From Sphyrna mokarran (taxonomy: Eukaryota), in contig JAGIQG010000014.1 in the NCBI GenBank assembly GCA_024679065.1, positions 28,086,001 to 28,150,000 of the forward strand: a DNA stretch of 64,000 nucleotides, in the 5' to 3' direction. Positions 34,601 through 45,954 of the stretch are shown here, in pieces. Every line of letters starts with the position of its first letter. Position 1 is the stretch's first letter. The notes beneath the pieces were generated by a model. It worked only from the letters and a program-made list of their open reading frames with translations. It made no database searches and was not told where the DNA came from. The position numbers and the translations under genes were made by a program.

Positions 34601-37600
34601 CCATTATTCTGACTTGGAAATATATAGCCTTCACTATTGTTGGGTCAAAATCTTGAAAATTCTTCTCTAACTTATTGTGGTGTATCTACACCTCAGGGAC
34701 TGTAGCAATTCAAGAAGGCAGCTCACCACCACTTTCAAAAGGGCAACTAGGGATGAGCAATAAATATTGGTCATGCCAGTGACACCCATATCCCATAAAT
34801 GAATAAGAAAAACACAAGGAAATCTTTATGCAGCTTTTTCCAAAGTTATTAAAGAAAGAATAACTAGAAATTCAGAATTAGTTTAAGAATTATGTCAGGA
34901 TGTAGCCCTTCACAGGATAGTTGCATCACACAAGTGCTAGGTAACAACCATGTCCAATACGTGAATCATAATTTTCAATTTCAAGACAATCACTGTTGCT
35001 AAATTCCCCATCATCAACACCCTGGGGAAGAGTTGGGACTGTCTGTCACTACGGGCAAAATATTTAACAGTCGTGGTCACAAGATAGAGTTTGGGTATAC
35101 CGCAGTGAAGAACTTAGCTCCTAACTCCCCAGTGTCTTTCCATCATCTATAAGCAACAAGTTAGGTGGGATGGAATTCTCTCCATTGGTTTGGATGAGTA
35201 CAGTTCCAACACTGAAACAACCCAGGATAAAGCAGCCCGCTTGATCAACTTCCCCAACCACCATTTTCAACATCTTTCTCTCCATTGCCAGCATATAGTC
35301 TTCAGTGATCCAAGAAGGTAGCTCACTGTTACTTTCTCAAGGACAATTAGGAATGAGGAGTAAATGCCAATGCTGCCAACAATGCTCACTTTGCAGGAAT
35401 GAATCAAAAACAGAATGAAAAAGAATCAAATCCAAGAAACTGGGACAAGATCATGATAGAAGTCCTGCTCTCATTTTTCAGGGATGAATTAATAAAAAAA
35501 TCAGTTATAAAAACTTGGGAAAAGATATGTTCAGCATCATAGAAATTATATTATAACACAATGTGAATGGGGTGGCAGAATGAATGAATTTCAGACAATC
35601 ATTCAATGTGCTGCACTTGATATTGACTCACATAATTTTTGCATGTTTACTATGAATCTTTGGATGCTGCGATACCAGGAATTCTGGAATTCTTATCACT
35701 TTTTTTCACACCTCATTTCAAGTCATGATCAATGGTTAATGAATATCACTTTGTCCTGTAATGATTTTTTAGCTGTCTTTCTTGCATTGATGCTGGTTTT
35801 AATATTGCAGAGAAAGGTTTTAATTCTCTAATTCTATTTCTCTGCTTCAGATACCAGAAGAGTTCCCTCCCAGCCTGATTGCTACAGTTCTGTTGGCTTT
35901 TCCTGTTTTAACCTGCTACATTATAATCACCGTGCTCCTATGCCAATGGAAATGTGAGGTGCCACATAATCTGCCTTAATCCTCATATCATGAGGATTTT
36001 TTTACACAGATAGGGTTTATTTTTCAATTGATATATGACGGTTTGAGTATGAAACAATGATGCTTTCTTTTGTCAATATAATTGCAGGTGACTAAGATTA
36101 ACTGTTCTGTTTCATCTTTCTATGAAAATCTATGGATTCCTGTATAGCATTCAAAGTACTGATTAACCCTGGTGTAAAAAGATGTTTCCTCTCTGCAGGC
36201 TTGCACTGCCTTTTATGAGAATGTGTATCCATATGCTTGAGTAATAGTTCAAAAGTAGAGCCAAATTTCGTTAAAGAACTTCTATTTTGTAACAAAATAC
36301 CCCATGGCATTTTCAAAATGGAAGATGTTGAATAGGTGCTAAAGGAATTTCAATGGGTGACTGGTCAAAGGGATGGTTTGGGACATTGATTCCCAATCTT
36401 TTATCTGTTCACCACTGATGATTGAATTCAACTGTCTGGATCCTAATTTCAGCATCTCCTTCTCTAAATCTCTCTGCCTTTCTAACTCTCAAGGAATCCT
36501 TACAGTGCAAAACGAAGCCATTCGCCCTATCGAGCCTGCACTGACAACAATCGCATCCCATCCCTGCAGCCCCACACGTTTACCCTGCTAATCTTCCTGA
36601 AACTAGGGTCAGTTTAGCATGGCCAATCAACCTGTATTCCCTCATTAACTGGCCCTATCTGCACACAAGGCGCCAACTCCACTAGCTTCTCTTCATTTAT
36701 CGAACCTTGTTGGGAAAACACCTACATATTTGAAAAGTTTGTTACGTTTTACTATCTTCCTTTATAAACTGAGGTCATGCGACCAGATCAAATTGGTTGT
36801 TCTAACAGTGAGCAAAAGTTTTGGTTGTAATTCATTTCAGTTTGAAGCTGCCAATGACTGGAACAAGATGTAACTAAAGCTAGAGCTATCTAACTTTACG
36901 ACCATGGATAAATTCGCTGAAGGGCAAGGGCTCTGTCAACTGTACTTTCATTTGTTAAGCTGTTAATTTTCATTGCTAATTTGTATTTATTGTTTTTAGT
37001 GCTTTAATGAATGGTATTGCTGTGGAATTTATGCTGTGGAGGCATTAGCCTGTTGGGCAGATCATTGTTGTAAATGAGAAGTTGTTGCCAATTGACTCAT
37101 CTGGCTAAATAAAGATTAAATAAAATTCGAGTACAAGAATAAAATAAGTCTTTTGTACATGATTTTGTACATGACTTTGGTGAAACCATTTTGGCCTTCA
37201 TTTATAAGGCAGGATGTAGAGCAAAAGATTTACTACAGCAAAGATTCACAACAGTAGTCTCCGGTATGGAAGGGTTGTCCTCAGATAAGGTGAGTGAACT
37301 GACTCTGTATTGTCTGGAGTTAAAAGAATGAAAGATGATTTCATTGGACAAATCCAAGATTCTGAAGAGCATTGCTAGAGTAGACTCGGAGAAATTGTTT
37401 TCATTGGCTGGAGGGAGCTGGGAGGGAAGGGCTCACAGCCTCAGGATAAGGGCTGATTGTTTAAGACTGGAATGAGGAACAATTTCTTCACTCAAAAGTG
37501 AATCTTTGGAATCCTCTACTCTAGAGATTTATGAATGCTCCATGTATCATATTGAAGACTGAGCTAGATTTTTGGTCACTAAGAGAATCGAGGGATTTGG

Positions 37601-37855
37601 GAAAGAGTCAGATCAATGGAACAATGATCATAGTAAATAGTGGGGCAAACTTGAGAATCTATATTATCCAGTTCTGCTCCTATATAGTGTGTCTCCTGCT
37701 CTTCTATCTGGTCAATTCGCACAAAAATAAATGTATTTCCAAATCCTGTTTTCCTGTACTCTATCATATTGTGAAGTTCAACCAGTGATTGAGTTGCTTG
37801 ATACTCTTATTTCTGGTTTTCAGGTAACTATCCAGAAAAGGAAATATTGTCATGA
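19630..37855 (+). CDS. havcr1: T-cell immunoglobulin and mucin domain (TIM/HAVCR-like) receptor, paralog B; 6 exons (19630-19681, 24190-24519, 32645-32701, 33967-34046, 35851-35953, 37824-37855), 654 nt, 217 aa
   Basis: Signal peptide + six-Cys TIM IgV + short mucin stalk + TM + short tail. All junctions are GT/AG and in frame. Family assignment is secure; orthology (HAVCR1 vs HAVCR2 vs TIMD4) is not, so the symbol is approximate. Confidence 0.85.
20691..21347 (+). mobile_element. CR1 LINE 3' end whose 3' UTR contains a degenerate V-SINE (chimeric element)
   Basis: ORF2 C-terminus SKVVEAGTLELFKKYLDGHMNRMGMEGYRKLI*, then unique UTR, V-SINE body and (TTTGTTC)n tail; GTTCAA duplicated at 20685-20690 and 21344-21349. 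Confidence 0.85.
21601..22266. mobile_element. MITE-like TIR element with a ~100-bp MITE nested at ~22118-22218
   Basis: GGGGTAAATCTC...GGGAGAATCCGCCCCC ends; right end homologous to 58940-59042, which lacks the nested piece. Confidence 0.65.
22368..23867. mobile_element. Non-autonomous TIR element (related to 53864-55277, opposite orientation)
   Basis: TIRs GAGCCTGATTTTACCATT / AATGGTAAAATTGGGCCC; G-rich low-complexity interior. Confidence 0.75.
23119..23578 (-). mobile_element. CR1/V-SINE chimeric element copy (3' UTR only)
   Basis: Closely similar inverted copy of 20879-21347; TTG on both flanks. Confidence 0.85.
24190..24519 (+). CDS. TIM paralog B exon 2, TIM-type IgV domain
   Basis: GQSVTLPCTY...MCWGRGECPKSGC...GDVSLTV...DSGWYCCRVEISGLLNDQK: the six-Cys TIM signature; phase 1/1; donor AAGG|gtaagt. 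Confidence 0.95.
25550..25875 (-). mobile_element. HE1-like V-SINE
   Basis: V-domain (TGGACTGTGGGAGGAAACTGGAGCA...GAATGTGCAAACTCCACAC) and head on the minus strand. Confidence 0.8.
26130..27010 (-). mobile_element. Old CR1 LINE ORF2/3' remnant
   Basis: Decayed reverse-strand CR1 RT and C-terminal sequence. Confidence 0.6.
27372..27635 (+). mobile_element. HE1-like V-SINE (internally deleted)
   Basis: Head GGCATGGTAGCACAGTAGTTAGCACTG, B box GGATTCTATTCC, tail GTAGGGATTCTGTGATT. Confidence 0.8.
28460..31196. repeat. Minisatellite, 33-bp unit GTGTTCTCACTCCTGATTGT(T/C/A)ATTTACTGG(GT/GC/AT)A, roughly 83 copies, with 31-bp variants
   Basis: Direct inspection; lies in intron 2 of TIM paralog B. 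Confidence 0.98.
32645..32701 (+). CDS. TIM paralog B exon 3, mucin stalk (57 nt) GDSTGTIPPFTHVTQTTGH
   Basis: gctttcacag|GTGATT...GGACACG|gtaagc, phase 1/1. Confidence 0.85.
33430..33640 (-). mobile_element. V-SINE
   Basis: V-domain and tRNA head on the minus strand. Confidence 0.75.
33967..34046 (+). CDS. TIM paralog B exon 4, mucin stalk (80 nt) GNKIFSSTNSMTSSPTKKNSTQTPHSI
   Basis: Strong pyrimidine tract, ttctttcag|GG...TCAATT|gtgagc, phase 1/0. Confidence 0.85.
34455..35410 (+). mobile_element. Two 3' remnants of the LINE family that shares its tail with the DeuSINE
   Basis: TTCAAGAAGGCAGCTCACCACC...GGGCAACTAGGGATGAGCAATAAAT tail at ~34710-34810 and again at ~35310-35410. Confidence 0.65.
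35851..35953 (+). CDS. TIM paralog B exon 5, transmembrane (103 nt) IPEEFPPSLIATVLLAFPVLTCYIIITVLLCQWK
   Basis: tctgcttcag|ATACCAGAA...TGGAAAT|gtgagg; paralogous to 9452-9560. Confidence 0.85.
37824..37855 (+). CDS. TIM paralog B terminal coding exon (CNYPEKEILS*)
   Basis: ttctggttttcag|GTAACTATCCAGAAAAGGAAATATTGTCATGA. Confidence 0.7.
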
Positions 37856-39246
37856 CAGAAAATTTATTTTGTTCCTAAAGGATTGGGATTTTTCTCCGCA
37901 TAAGACCATGCACACTAATCCTACACAAACCAAGCAAACTATGTGATGTTGTTTCCCCAATGTGCTGCGACTTTCCTGCAATCCAGACCCACCCTTGACC
38001 TGTTTGAACCACAGCATCATTAAGCCCAGGAAAATGTGCTGTAATATTCCACAACGGAATGAAGTGCCATTGAAAAACACTGCTCTGCGCATTTAGAATG
38101 GACATGGGAAAGATTTCTTGAAGCTTTTAGTGGGAAAGGGAAGGTGTTTAATGTGTTTTAAATTTGGGAACTTGGGCCAAAGATTGCGTCGCCACATTAG
38201 AAGTTAACTTTAATGCTAAATGCAATAAGCACCGTCCTCGTATCTAAAAGCTATGTATTTAGTTTCTACTGATTCATTCAAAGATAATGAGTGGGGTTCT
38301 CTGGCTGGATAAATGAAAGGGATTCTCCTGTTCCACTGCCGTGAACAGAGGTTTGGCTAACTGCCAAATTCTCTGTCCTCTCTTGCAGCAATGATAGGGT
38401 GTGAACAGTTGGAGAATTCAGCCAATTTGTTGTGATATTGTAATGTATATTGCTTAATTAAAGAACTAAACACTTGTATTTCTGAAAAGAACACATTGTC
38501 AAAACTTTTTGTCTTGTGCTGATCAGGAAAATTCACAAGAGTACACAATTCACAAGAATATACATTGGGTCTTGACAGCAATATTCTATTAATGATCAAT
38601 ATCACTTGTGTTGCTACTGCATGGTAGCAGTGGAAAATTGCTAGCCTCAGCTATTGCTCAAATCTTTGAGAAACCTTCCTTCCAAGATAATGTAAGGTAG
38701 ACTGGGTATTTTTCAGGATTGAAAGTGACAGCATTAGACTAATTATGAGTTTATATGATATACAGATAACAATGATCTAAACAGCGTAATTGTTATCTCG
38801 CAGAATGTCTTTGATGCACCCTATTTTAACATTGGGCTTGCAGGATGTGAAAATGATTTGGAGTCCTATGTATGAGATTGCTGATAAGGCCATTCTTATT
38901 GTGTCAGGAACTGTATGAACCCCAATGCATAGAGTAACCAGTATAGGTGGGCTTGTTACAGATGGTAGTAGAGAACCCATTAACAGATTTCTCAACAACC
39001 ATGTCCAAGAAAGGGAGCTCATTTAACTGTTCTATTTCAAAGGTGAATTTGAGCACAAGATGAGCTGATTAGGATGTGTAAAGTGATTCCTACATGCAGC
39101 TACAGATTTAAATATAGCAATTAGATCATTGACATATCAGAAGTATGGAAGAGGTAGGAAGTGAGGTATCATTCCTTAAAGATATGTTTCTTGTGGAACC
39201 CAAAAAGTAGTGTTTGTGAGAGCAGGGGATCTCACTCCTTCTTCAA

Positions 39247-39865
39247 GCTGCCAAATAAACCTGTTGGACTTTAACCTGGTGTTGTGAGACTTCTTACTGT
39301 TCTTACCCCAGTCCAACACCAGCATCTCCACATCATGCCTGGGGGAAATTCCACTGCAGTGCCATATATTGAGACATACATGGTGTCATTAAAACTGACC
39401 TGAACTGAACCAGTTATTAAGTTCAGAAGTTCAGTGAGTATTGTTTCAGACAATGTCATTGCATCAATGAAGAGGCCGGCAATATGAAATGAGCACATGA
39501 ACACAGCATTGCTATTGATATGGAATTCCCATATCGTCTTCGCAAATGTGAAGGAATCCTTCACTGTTTATCTGGAAAACTTGTTCAAAACAAATGATAT
39601 CAATTCGTCCAACCATTTGGTCAATTTGCAGTTTGTGTAGAAATGGTCATAGATAAGATAGAGCAGAATGGGACATCACTTCCATTGCATTGGGAAGTCC
39701 ATACATAAGCAATGTAGTGAGCTGTGATGATAAATTCCATCATTCATCAACTCTGCTGTTTTTTCAGTTAACCTTTGAGCAAGGCTGCCTTGTCACGCTG
39801 AGCAGAGTTCCAATGGATATGAATTTGGGCCCATCATTAAGCATTTTGTACATTTTATTAATATT
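39247..39865 (-). mobile_element. Penelope-like RT remnant with adjacent pLTR end (39247-39336)
   Basis: The minus strand VKDSFTFAKTI...MCSFHIAGLF resembles PLE RT motif A; the pLTR end matches 12424-12510 and 14228-14274. Confidence 0.7.
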
Positions 39866-41171
39866 TTAACACTTGTTAAGGATACCTCTCCCAATTCCAT
39901 TGTTGGATTTACAGATATGTATGTCTGGATTGACCTTGATGCTTCACAATGTTACCAGACATTCGATCTCTATGTGAAAATTGATCAGGTCATTTGAAAT
40001 CCTGCAATATGCTTGCGCTAGATCAGCTAGGCACATTTTCAAGGTTCAGCCTCTTCAGTGGATGCTAATTTGTGACAAGTTAGCTCGGAGTTTGAACTCA
40101 TAAAATATGTCTTTCTGTTTAACATGGGACAAAGGCACACCATCATTGTAACCATGCTTTGCGGACAGGAGGGAGAGGCAAAACTGAACTCCTCTGCGCT
40201 CTCTTGCCATCTATCTACAAGCAGAGGTGTTTCTTGTTTTAAAGTAGGTTGTAATACTTATCCCAATAAACCTTGGTTTGTGAAGTGACTTTTAAAGTAA
40301 ACTTTCACATAAATCAACATCAGTTCATTTCCAGATTTCCAGATTATAGGAAGTAATGAAGCTCCAATTCAGGTGGGTTTCAGGATAAAGGCAGAGATGC
40401 AGAATTATTTGAAGGTGATGGTACTGCAGTGAGAAGATTTGAATAGAAATTTGTTCTGCTTGGCAGATGTGTCAGTGGCTACAGTAAAGTAGGCTTTCAG
40501 AAGGTTTCTTGTTGGATAGCACAATGGCACAGTGCTGTCTCATAGAGCCAGGAAAAAGGATCAGTTATATAGGACAGAGATGAGCGGGTTGTGATTCATT
40601 GGAATTCTCTACCTCAGAGGGTTGTAGGTGTTCCCTCATTGATTTTATTCAAGGCTGTGATGGGTATTTTATATCTCAATAAATCAATGGATGTGGACAG
40701 TGGAATTGAGGTAGAAGCTCAGCCATGATCATATTGAATGGTGGAGTAAAGCTCATGAAGCTGAACGGTACACTCTGCTCCTATTTCATTTGTCCGAATG
40801 CTCTTAAGCTGTCTCACTGTGTCTCTTTTTTGCCTTGACCCCTTCTTCATTTCTAATTAGAAGGCACTCTTCACAAGTGCCACAAATTGAGCATTTGCTT
40901 ACTTACCTATTGTTTCCCCCATTCTGTTGTATTCTTTAGCAAAAGCTGATTTTCAAAATATCGTAGCCTAATTTCCAGGCACCCATCACATTACTCCCAT
41001 TTAGGATCAGTGTTGCAATAGATATGGCAATTAATGGAGCTGTGCAAATTACAATAGGGTCAGAATTGCAGAGCATTGGACAATGCAAGTTTCAGCTTGA
41101 TAACACAAATTCAGCATCGCTGACCCCTTGGAGCTCTTTGTTCTTAAACCTGCAGAATGGAAATATGACAA

Positions 41172-42168
41172 AGGCTGGGATTCTCACAACAAAAATTCTA
41201 AGTGTCGAATTTACATGAAACCTGGAGTAAATCATACTGCTTCTCTTTCAGTGGGAGTTTAGAGAAGAATCTCCCAGTGGACTAGCATGATTTGCACTAA
41301 AAAATAGTAGGCAGGGCCTGTTCCTGCTGTGAGGCCAGCAGTAGGGAGGTGAGCGTGCTACTGCACATGCACCAGTCTGTCAGTGCCATGATCGTGGCTC
41401 TTGTTTGCCCGTCTTCCAATTGATGGCCAGCTCAATTGGCCCTCTTACCCTCCCACAGCCTAATCACTTGGCACCTCCAAGCGTGCCCACCTGGATCACT
41501 CCTCCCTTCCCCCCCTCCACCCCCAGCAGCATTGATCACCCTCGGCATCTCTGATCTCCATCCCGGTAGCCCCAGCCCTCAACCCCCAACAAATGCCTGG
41601 CCTCAATAGCTGGCCTCCCTTCCTCTGCTCACGATCCCAAAGTGCAGAGTGGCAGCAGGACTCCCTCATCCACATCGATCCCCTATATAAGGCCTGCCTC
41701 TTTGGCTTAACCCCATGCTCAATGGGGAGTACCAAGGTCTCCCTGGGCATTGGAACTTTGTCCCTTAGGCAGTGCCAGAGGCAAGGGTCAGGCACTGCCA
41801 AATGCCAATGCCCAGGTGGCACCTACTGGCACCTGATCTACTGGAAGGCTCTGGTTGCCCCTCCTTCACTCCAACAGGACTGGGCTACCAGCTTCCAAAA
41901 GTTGGGGAACTATTGTAAACCCCCTGGAGTGAAATATTCCTACTCTGGTTAGGGTAGCGGGGTAATGATAGAGGGCCTTGGGAATTCAATCCCAGACCCG
42001 CTAATTGCACTTAAATTACATTAAAATTCAAATGAACATAAATTATGCAACTTCATGCCTACTTCCGGTGTGAAGCTGCATACTCGGGGTTGGATGTCCA
42101 GCGTGGACTGGGCTAATCCAGACCTGCGCGCTAAAAAGTCAGTGCAGTGGAATTTGAGAATGATCCCC
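41172..42168. mobile_element. MITE-like TIR element (related to ~27948-28240, ~57111 and 58132-59042)
   Basis: GGCTGGGATTCTC...AAAATTCTAAGTG left end and GAGAATGATCCCC right end; absent at the paralogous site near 19230. Confidence 0.7.
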
Positions 42169-42196
42169 ACATACAGTTTACTAGAGTGTTAATCAT

Positions 42197-42505
42197 CATA
42201 GAAACCGTACAGTGCACAAAGAGATCATTTGGCCCATCGAGTCTGCACCAACCACAATCCCATCCAGACACAACACCCATATCGTACATATTTACTCACT
42301 AATCCCTCTAACTTATGCATCTCAGGTCACTAAGGGACAATGTTAGCATGGCCAATCAACCTAATCCACACACCTTTGGGCTGCGGGAGGAAACCAGAGC
42401 ACCCTGAAGAAACCTATATGGACACGAGGAGAATGTGCAAAGTCCACATAGACAGTGACCCAAGTCAGGAATTGAACCTAGGTCCCTGGAGCTGTGAAAC
42501 AGTGT
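42197..42505 (-). mobile_element. HE1-like V-SINE
   Basis: V-domain and tail on the minus strand; absent in the paralogous promoter of gene B. Confidence 0.8.
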
Positions 42506-42910
42506 TCTCTTGAATGTTTAATGTTACTTTAATGTCTCTTTCATGTTTCTCTTGAAAAGAATTTGGATTATGCGTTAATTTTGTTCTAGTTGCAAAATCA
42601 TGGAAATCACTGGGGATAGTGGATGGTATTCTTGGCAATTCACATCTCACTGCTGCTGCCAGTGAGAGCAGACGATTTGGCACTCAGCCAAATCTCCGTT
42701 CCTTGCAGTAGGGCCAATCTTTCACAGCTGTCAGTGAGGTCAGAGAACTTAACCCAATATATTCTTGCTAAATACATACCTCAGTTCACAGAGCTTGTTC
42801 ACAGGATGCCCTACCTGTGAAAGTTGAACCCACTCATGTCAGTACGGACTTGACATTAGAAATAAAAGCTCAACTCCAGCCACAAAATTATACAACAGCT
42901 GTACAGCACT

Positions 42911-42962
42911 ATGTTTATTACCAGGATTGTCGTTCATTTGACCACACTACTTGTTCTTTTAG
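42911..42962 (+). CDS. Signal-peptide exon 1 of a third TIM paralog (C); downstream exons not found in the window
   Basis: Encodes the same MFITRIVVHLTTLLVLL, with donor AG|GTAAGT. Confidence 0.7.
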
Positions 42963-43932
42963 GTAAGTTTCTGAATTTAATTTCTGAATTTGAAAAGTGA
43001 ATTTTCCTACAGATGTTTGATGTTCATATATAAAGTGTTCTGTGTGTGAGTGACCAGCTGGTCTTCAACAGGATCAATACAGCTTCACCAAATGTGTTGT
43101 CTGAAGTGTTAAAGTGTAAGGGCTTGCTGAATAAACAATGTTTGTATTCACTCACATTTAGAAAGTCGAAGGAGGAATTAGCCAAGATATTTAATCTGAC
43201 GTAGAGATTTGAAAGAATAGGTACAGAGAAGCTGTTTACCTGGAGACATAATCTTATATTCCAGCTGGCCCATTTAAGAGTGAATTAGGAAAAAACTACA
43301 TTTTGCAGATAACAGTAGAAATAGGAAAATCTCTCCCTAAAGTTCTGGATCATGTGTCAAATGAAATTTTCAAGATTAAAATTGATCATATTTTATTTAT
43401 GTGGCACCTATGTAATATGCCCATGATCTTCATATGGGCTTGTATTTTGAAAAACCACCTTGATCATAGAGAATTTGTAAACAATTTCCATATTGAGAAG
43501 TCTGCATTGCCTTCCAGTGCCCGTGACGATAATTATTAAGAACTATAATGTGTATAGTTTGTAAATAAAATTGTTTTCTTTTAATATATAATGTGCTTTC
43601 TTCTTAAATTTTTTTCTTTTTTTTATATTATCAATTAAAACTGTCATGTCTTTATTATAATCCTCATTATTCAGTAAAAATGTTGATTTAACTCTTCACT
43701 TGGCATTGTCACTCATTCCCGTTATGTCCAGAATATGGACCTGAACATAATTGAGACTCTAACAAGACTTGCATATTCCTACAGGATCATGACATAGAAG
43801 TTCACTTGATACAGGTTTCTGAGCAGAGAATAAAATTCTCAGCCAGAACGTTATGTTTTAAACATTGACTGTTAGGGCTGGGATTTAACACAATACAGCG
43901 CTGGATGATGTTGTTACATTGTCCTATGGCAC

Positions 43933-44771
43933 TGTGACAATACTGTCCCTTTAAGAAATGCTTTTGTGTCATGTTCCTAAGAATGGGATTGTTTTGCAGT
44001 TCTGATTACATTGCTGCTTTTTTGTAACCGGTAGTCCACATTCTGAGCATGCAGAAGATTAATTGTTCCTAATTATTTGGATGCTTGTTTTAATTTGAGT
44101 TAATGATGGTTCCTAGCATTTCAGAGTAGGGCTTAATTAGATTGAATGATATGAAGAGTTGTGTAAATGGGTGGAGCTAGGCTAGCAGAAAGACAAACAG
44201 GCAGTTGCTGTTTAAATTTGAAAAGGAGCCTTTTCTCTCTTCCTTTCTCTGGAAATTGAAGTCTGGAACCTGCTAGAAAATAAACATCTCTCTCCAGAGG
44301 TCTGAAATGGCAAGAGGTGTTTTCCCTTTCCCTTTGTTTGGTTTAAAGACAGGTCTTTTTCTGGGATCTGCTGTCTGAGAGTTAGAAGACAGGGGTCTCC
44401 TTGTATCTTGGTCCAGATATGTGAAAAGGCTTGAGGACTGGCAATTCATGTAAGTCTGTGTGTTTTTCCTAACTGATTCTGAAGGGGAGCTTAAATCTAT
44501 GAGGAATATTGCTTAAATTGGAACTAATAGAGATAGCTAGCAGTTAAGAAAGTATTTCAATTGGTACAATATAAGTTATTTCTTAATCTTTTTGTTATAG
44601 TTAAACAATATTGTTAAATAAAATTTGTTTTATTAAAAGCTTCCCAGTGGGTCAAAAGAATGAGATCTGGAGTGAAACATTTTATGTTCATATTAATGTC
44701 AAAATCAAAAATAGTGGGGTCTAGGCTAATTTAATGATACGTCTTGGAGTTTTTAATTTTGGTCCCTAACA
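43933..44771 (+). mobile_element. Solo LTR (Gypsy/ERV type)
   Basis: TGTGAC...CTAACA ends; flanks GCAC/GCAT (3/4 TSD); internal AATAAA; 5' end related to the insert at 61895. Confidence 0.7.
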
Positions 44772-45687
44772 GCATTAAACTAACTTCTCATTTGATGACT
44801 TTATCCAGGCAAGAGAGCAGGATACTAATGCTGCTCCCACACACTGCCAGGGGGAACTGACATATTTGTTGTCCTAATGGGCAACACTGATATTTCACCT
44901 ACAGATTTATTACTTTCAAAAGCAGTTCTTTAGAGTTTAAATCCTAAACTTAACAACTGAGTAGTTGCTTCCTCCTCCTCTGCTACAAATGCTGCATGTT
45001 TGAAATCAACCTAGGTACAAACAAACAACAGTAATTACACATATAACATAACTTTTCATTAAGGACCTAATACTATTGAGTTTAATGGGGAGAAACTAGA
45101 CCTTATTGCACTCAGTTTTTGGGCAGAAAACTGGCAATAAGGCAATAAGGACCAATTTTCAAGATGGCAATTCATCACTCCAGAGATGCCTGAACTAGCC
45201 AAATCATTTCGGCAATTGTTTAAGTGTCCATAGTACATGTTAATTGTCTTGTGTTGTTGGTGGTGGTGGTGGGGGTGAAGTGAAGGGAAAAGTTATTGGA
45301 GAGAGAATGCATGGTGTTAATAACTATTTGAGTGCAGAGTGCGGTAGGAGTTAGAGCTGCTATGCTCAGGGCTATTTGGTTTATATATGGTTTTACAACC
45401 ATTCCTAATAGCACCACTGAGGGTCATCACCACAAAGGTAAACTAAAAATACTTGGCTTAATGTAGAGTTGGTTACTGCCAGTTCCACTTAACCACATTG
45501 CAATCACCTCTGTTTCCTGAGCAAAATATTGGTACCGATCAATTTCTTTGCCGGTATCTTTTCAGAAATTTTGTTGATAAAATCTGGATATCCGTACCTG
45601 AAATTCTCATATCTCCATTTCTTCTCTTCCTTTAATATCCTCTTTAAACCCACCACTTTTATCAAGTTTTAGGTATTCTTCTCTTTT

Positions 45688-45954
45688 TGTCATGATTCAG
45701 GCAGTCTGACTGGAAAAGAACATAGCTTATTTATAGAATGCAAAGTAAAACCACTACTGTAGTGTACACACACCCATCCCTGCCTGGTTCTACAGTTCAG
45801 CAGGTCCAGTCCTGGGTCTGCCTTATAAAAGGCTTAGGTGATGAGTTCCTGTTGGGTAGGCCACTCATTCCCTGTTACCAGGAGAACACATACTCCATGA
45901 CCCCACAGACAGCTCACTAAGTGATTCCTCTTGGACCTCATGGAGGTTTTTACA
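45688..45954 (-). mobile_element. Short solo LTR
   Basis: TGTCAT...TTTACA flanked by TTTT on both sides; TATA-like and AATAA-like signals on the minus strand. Confidence 0.55.
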
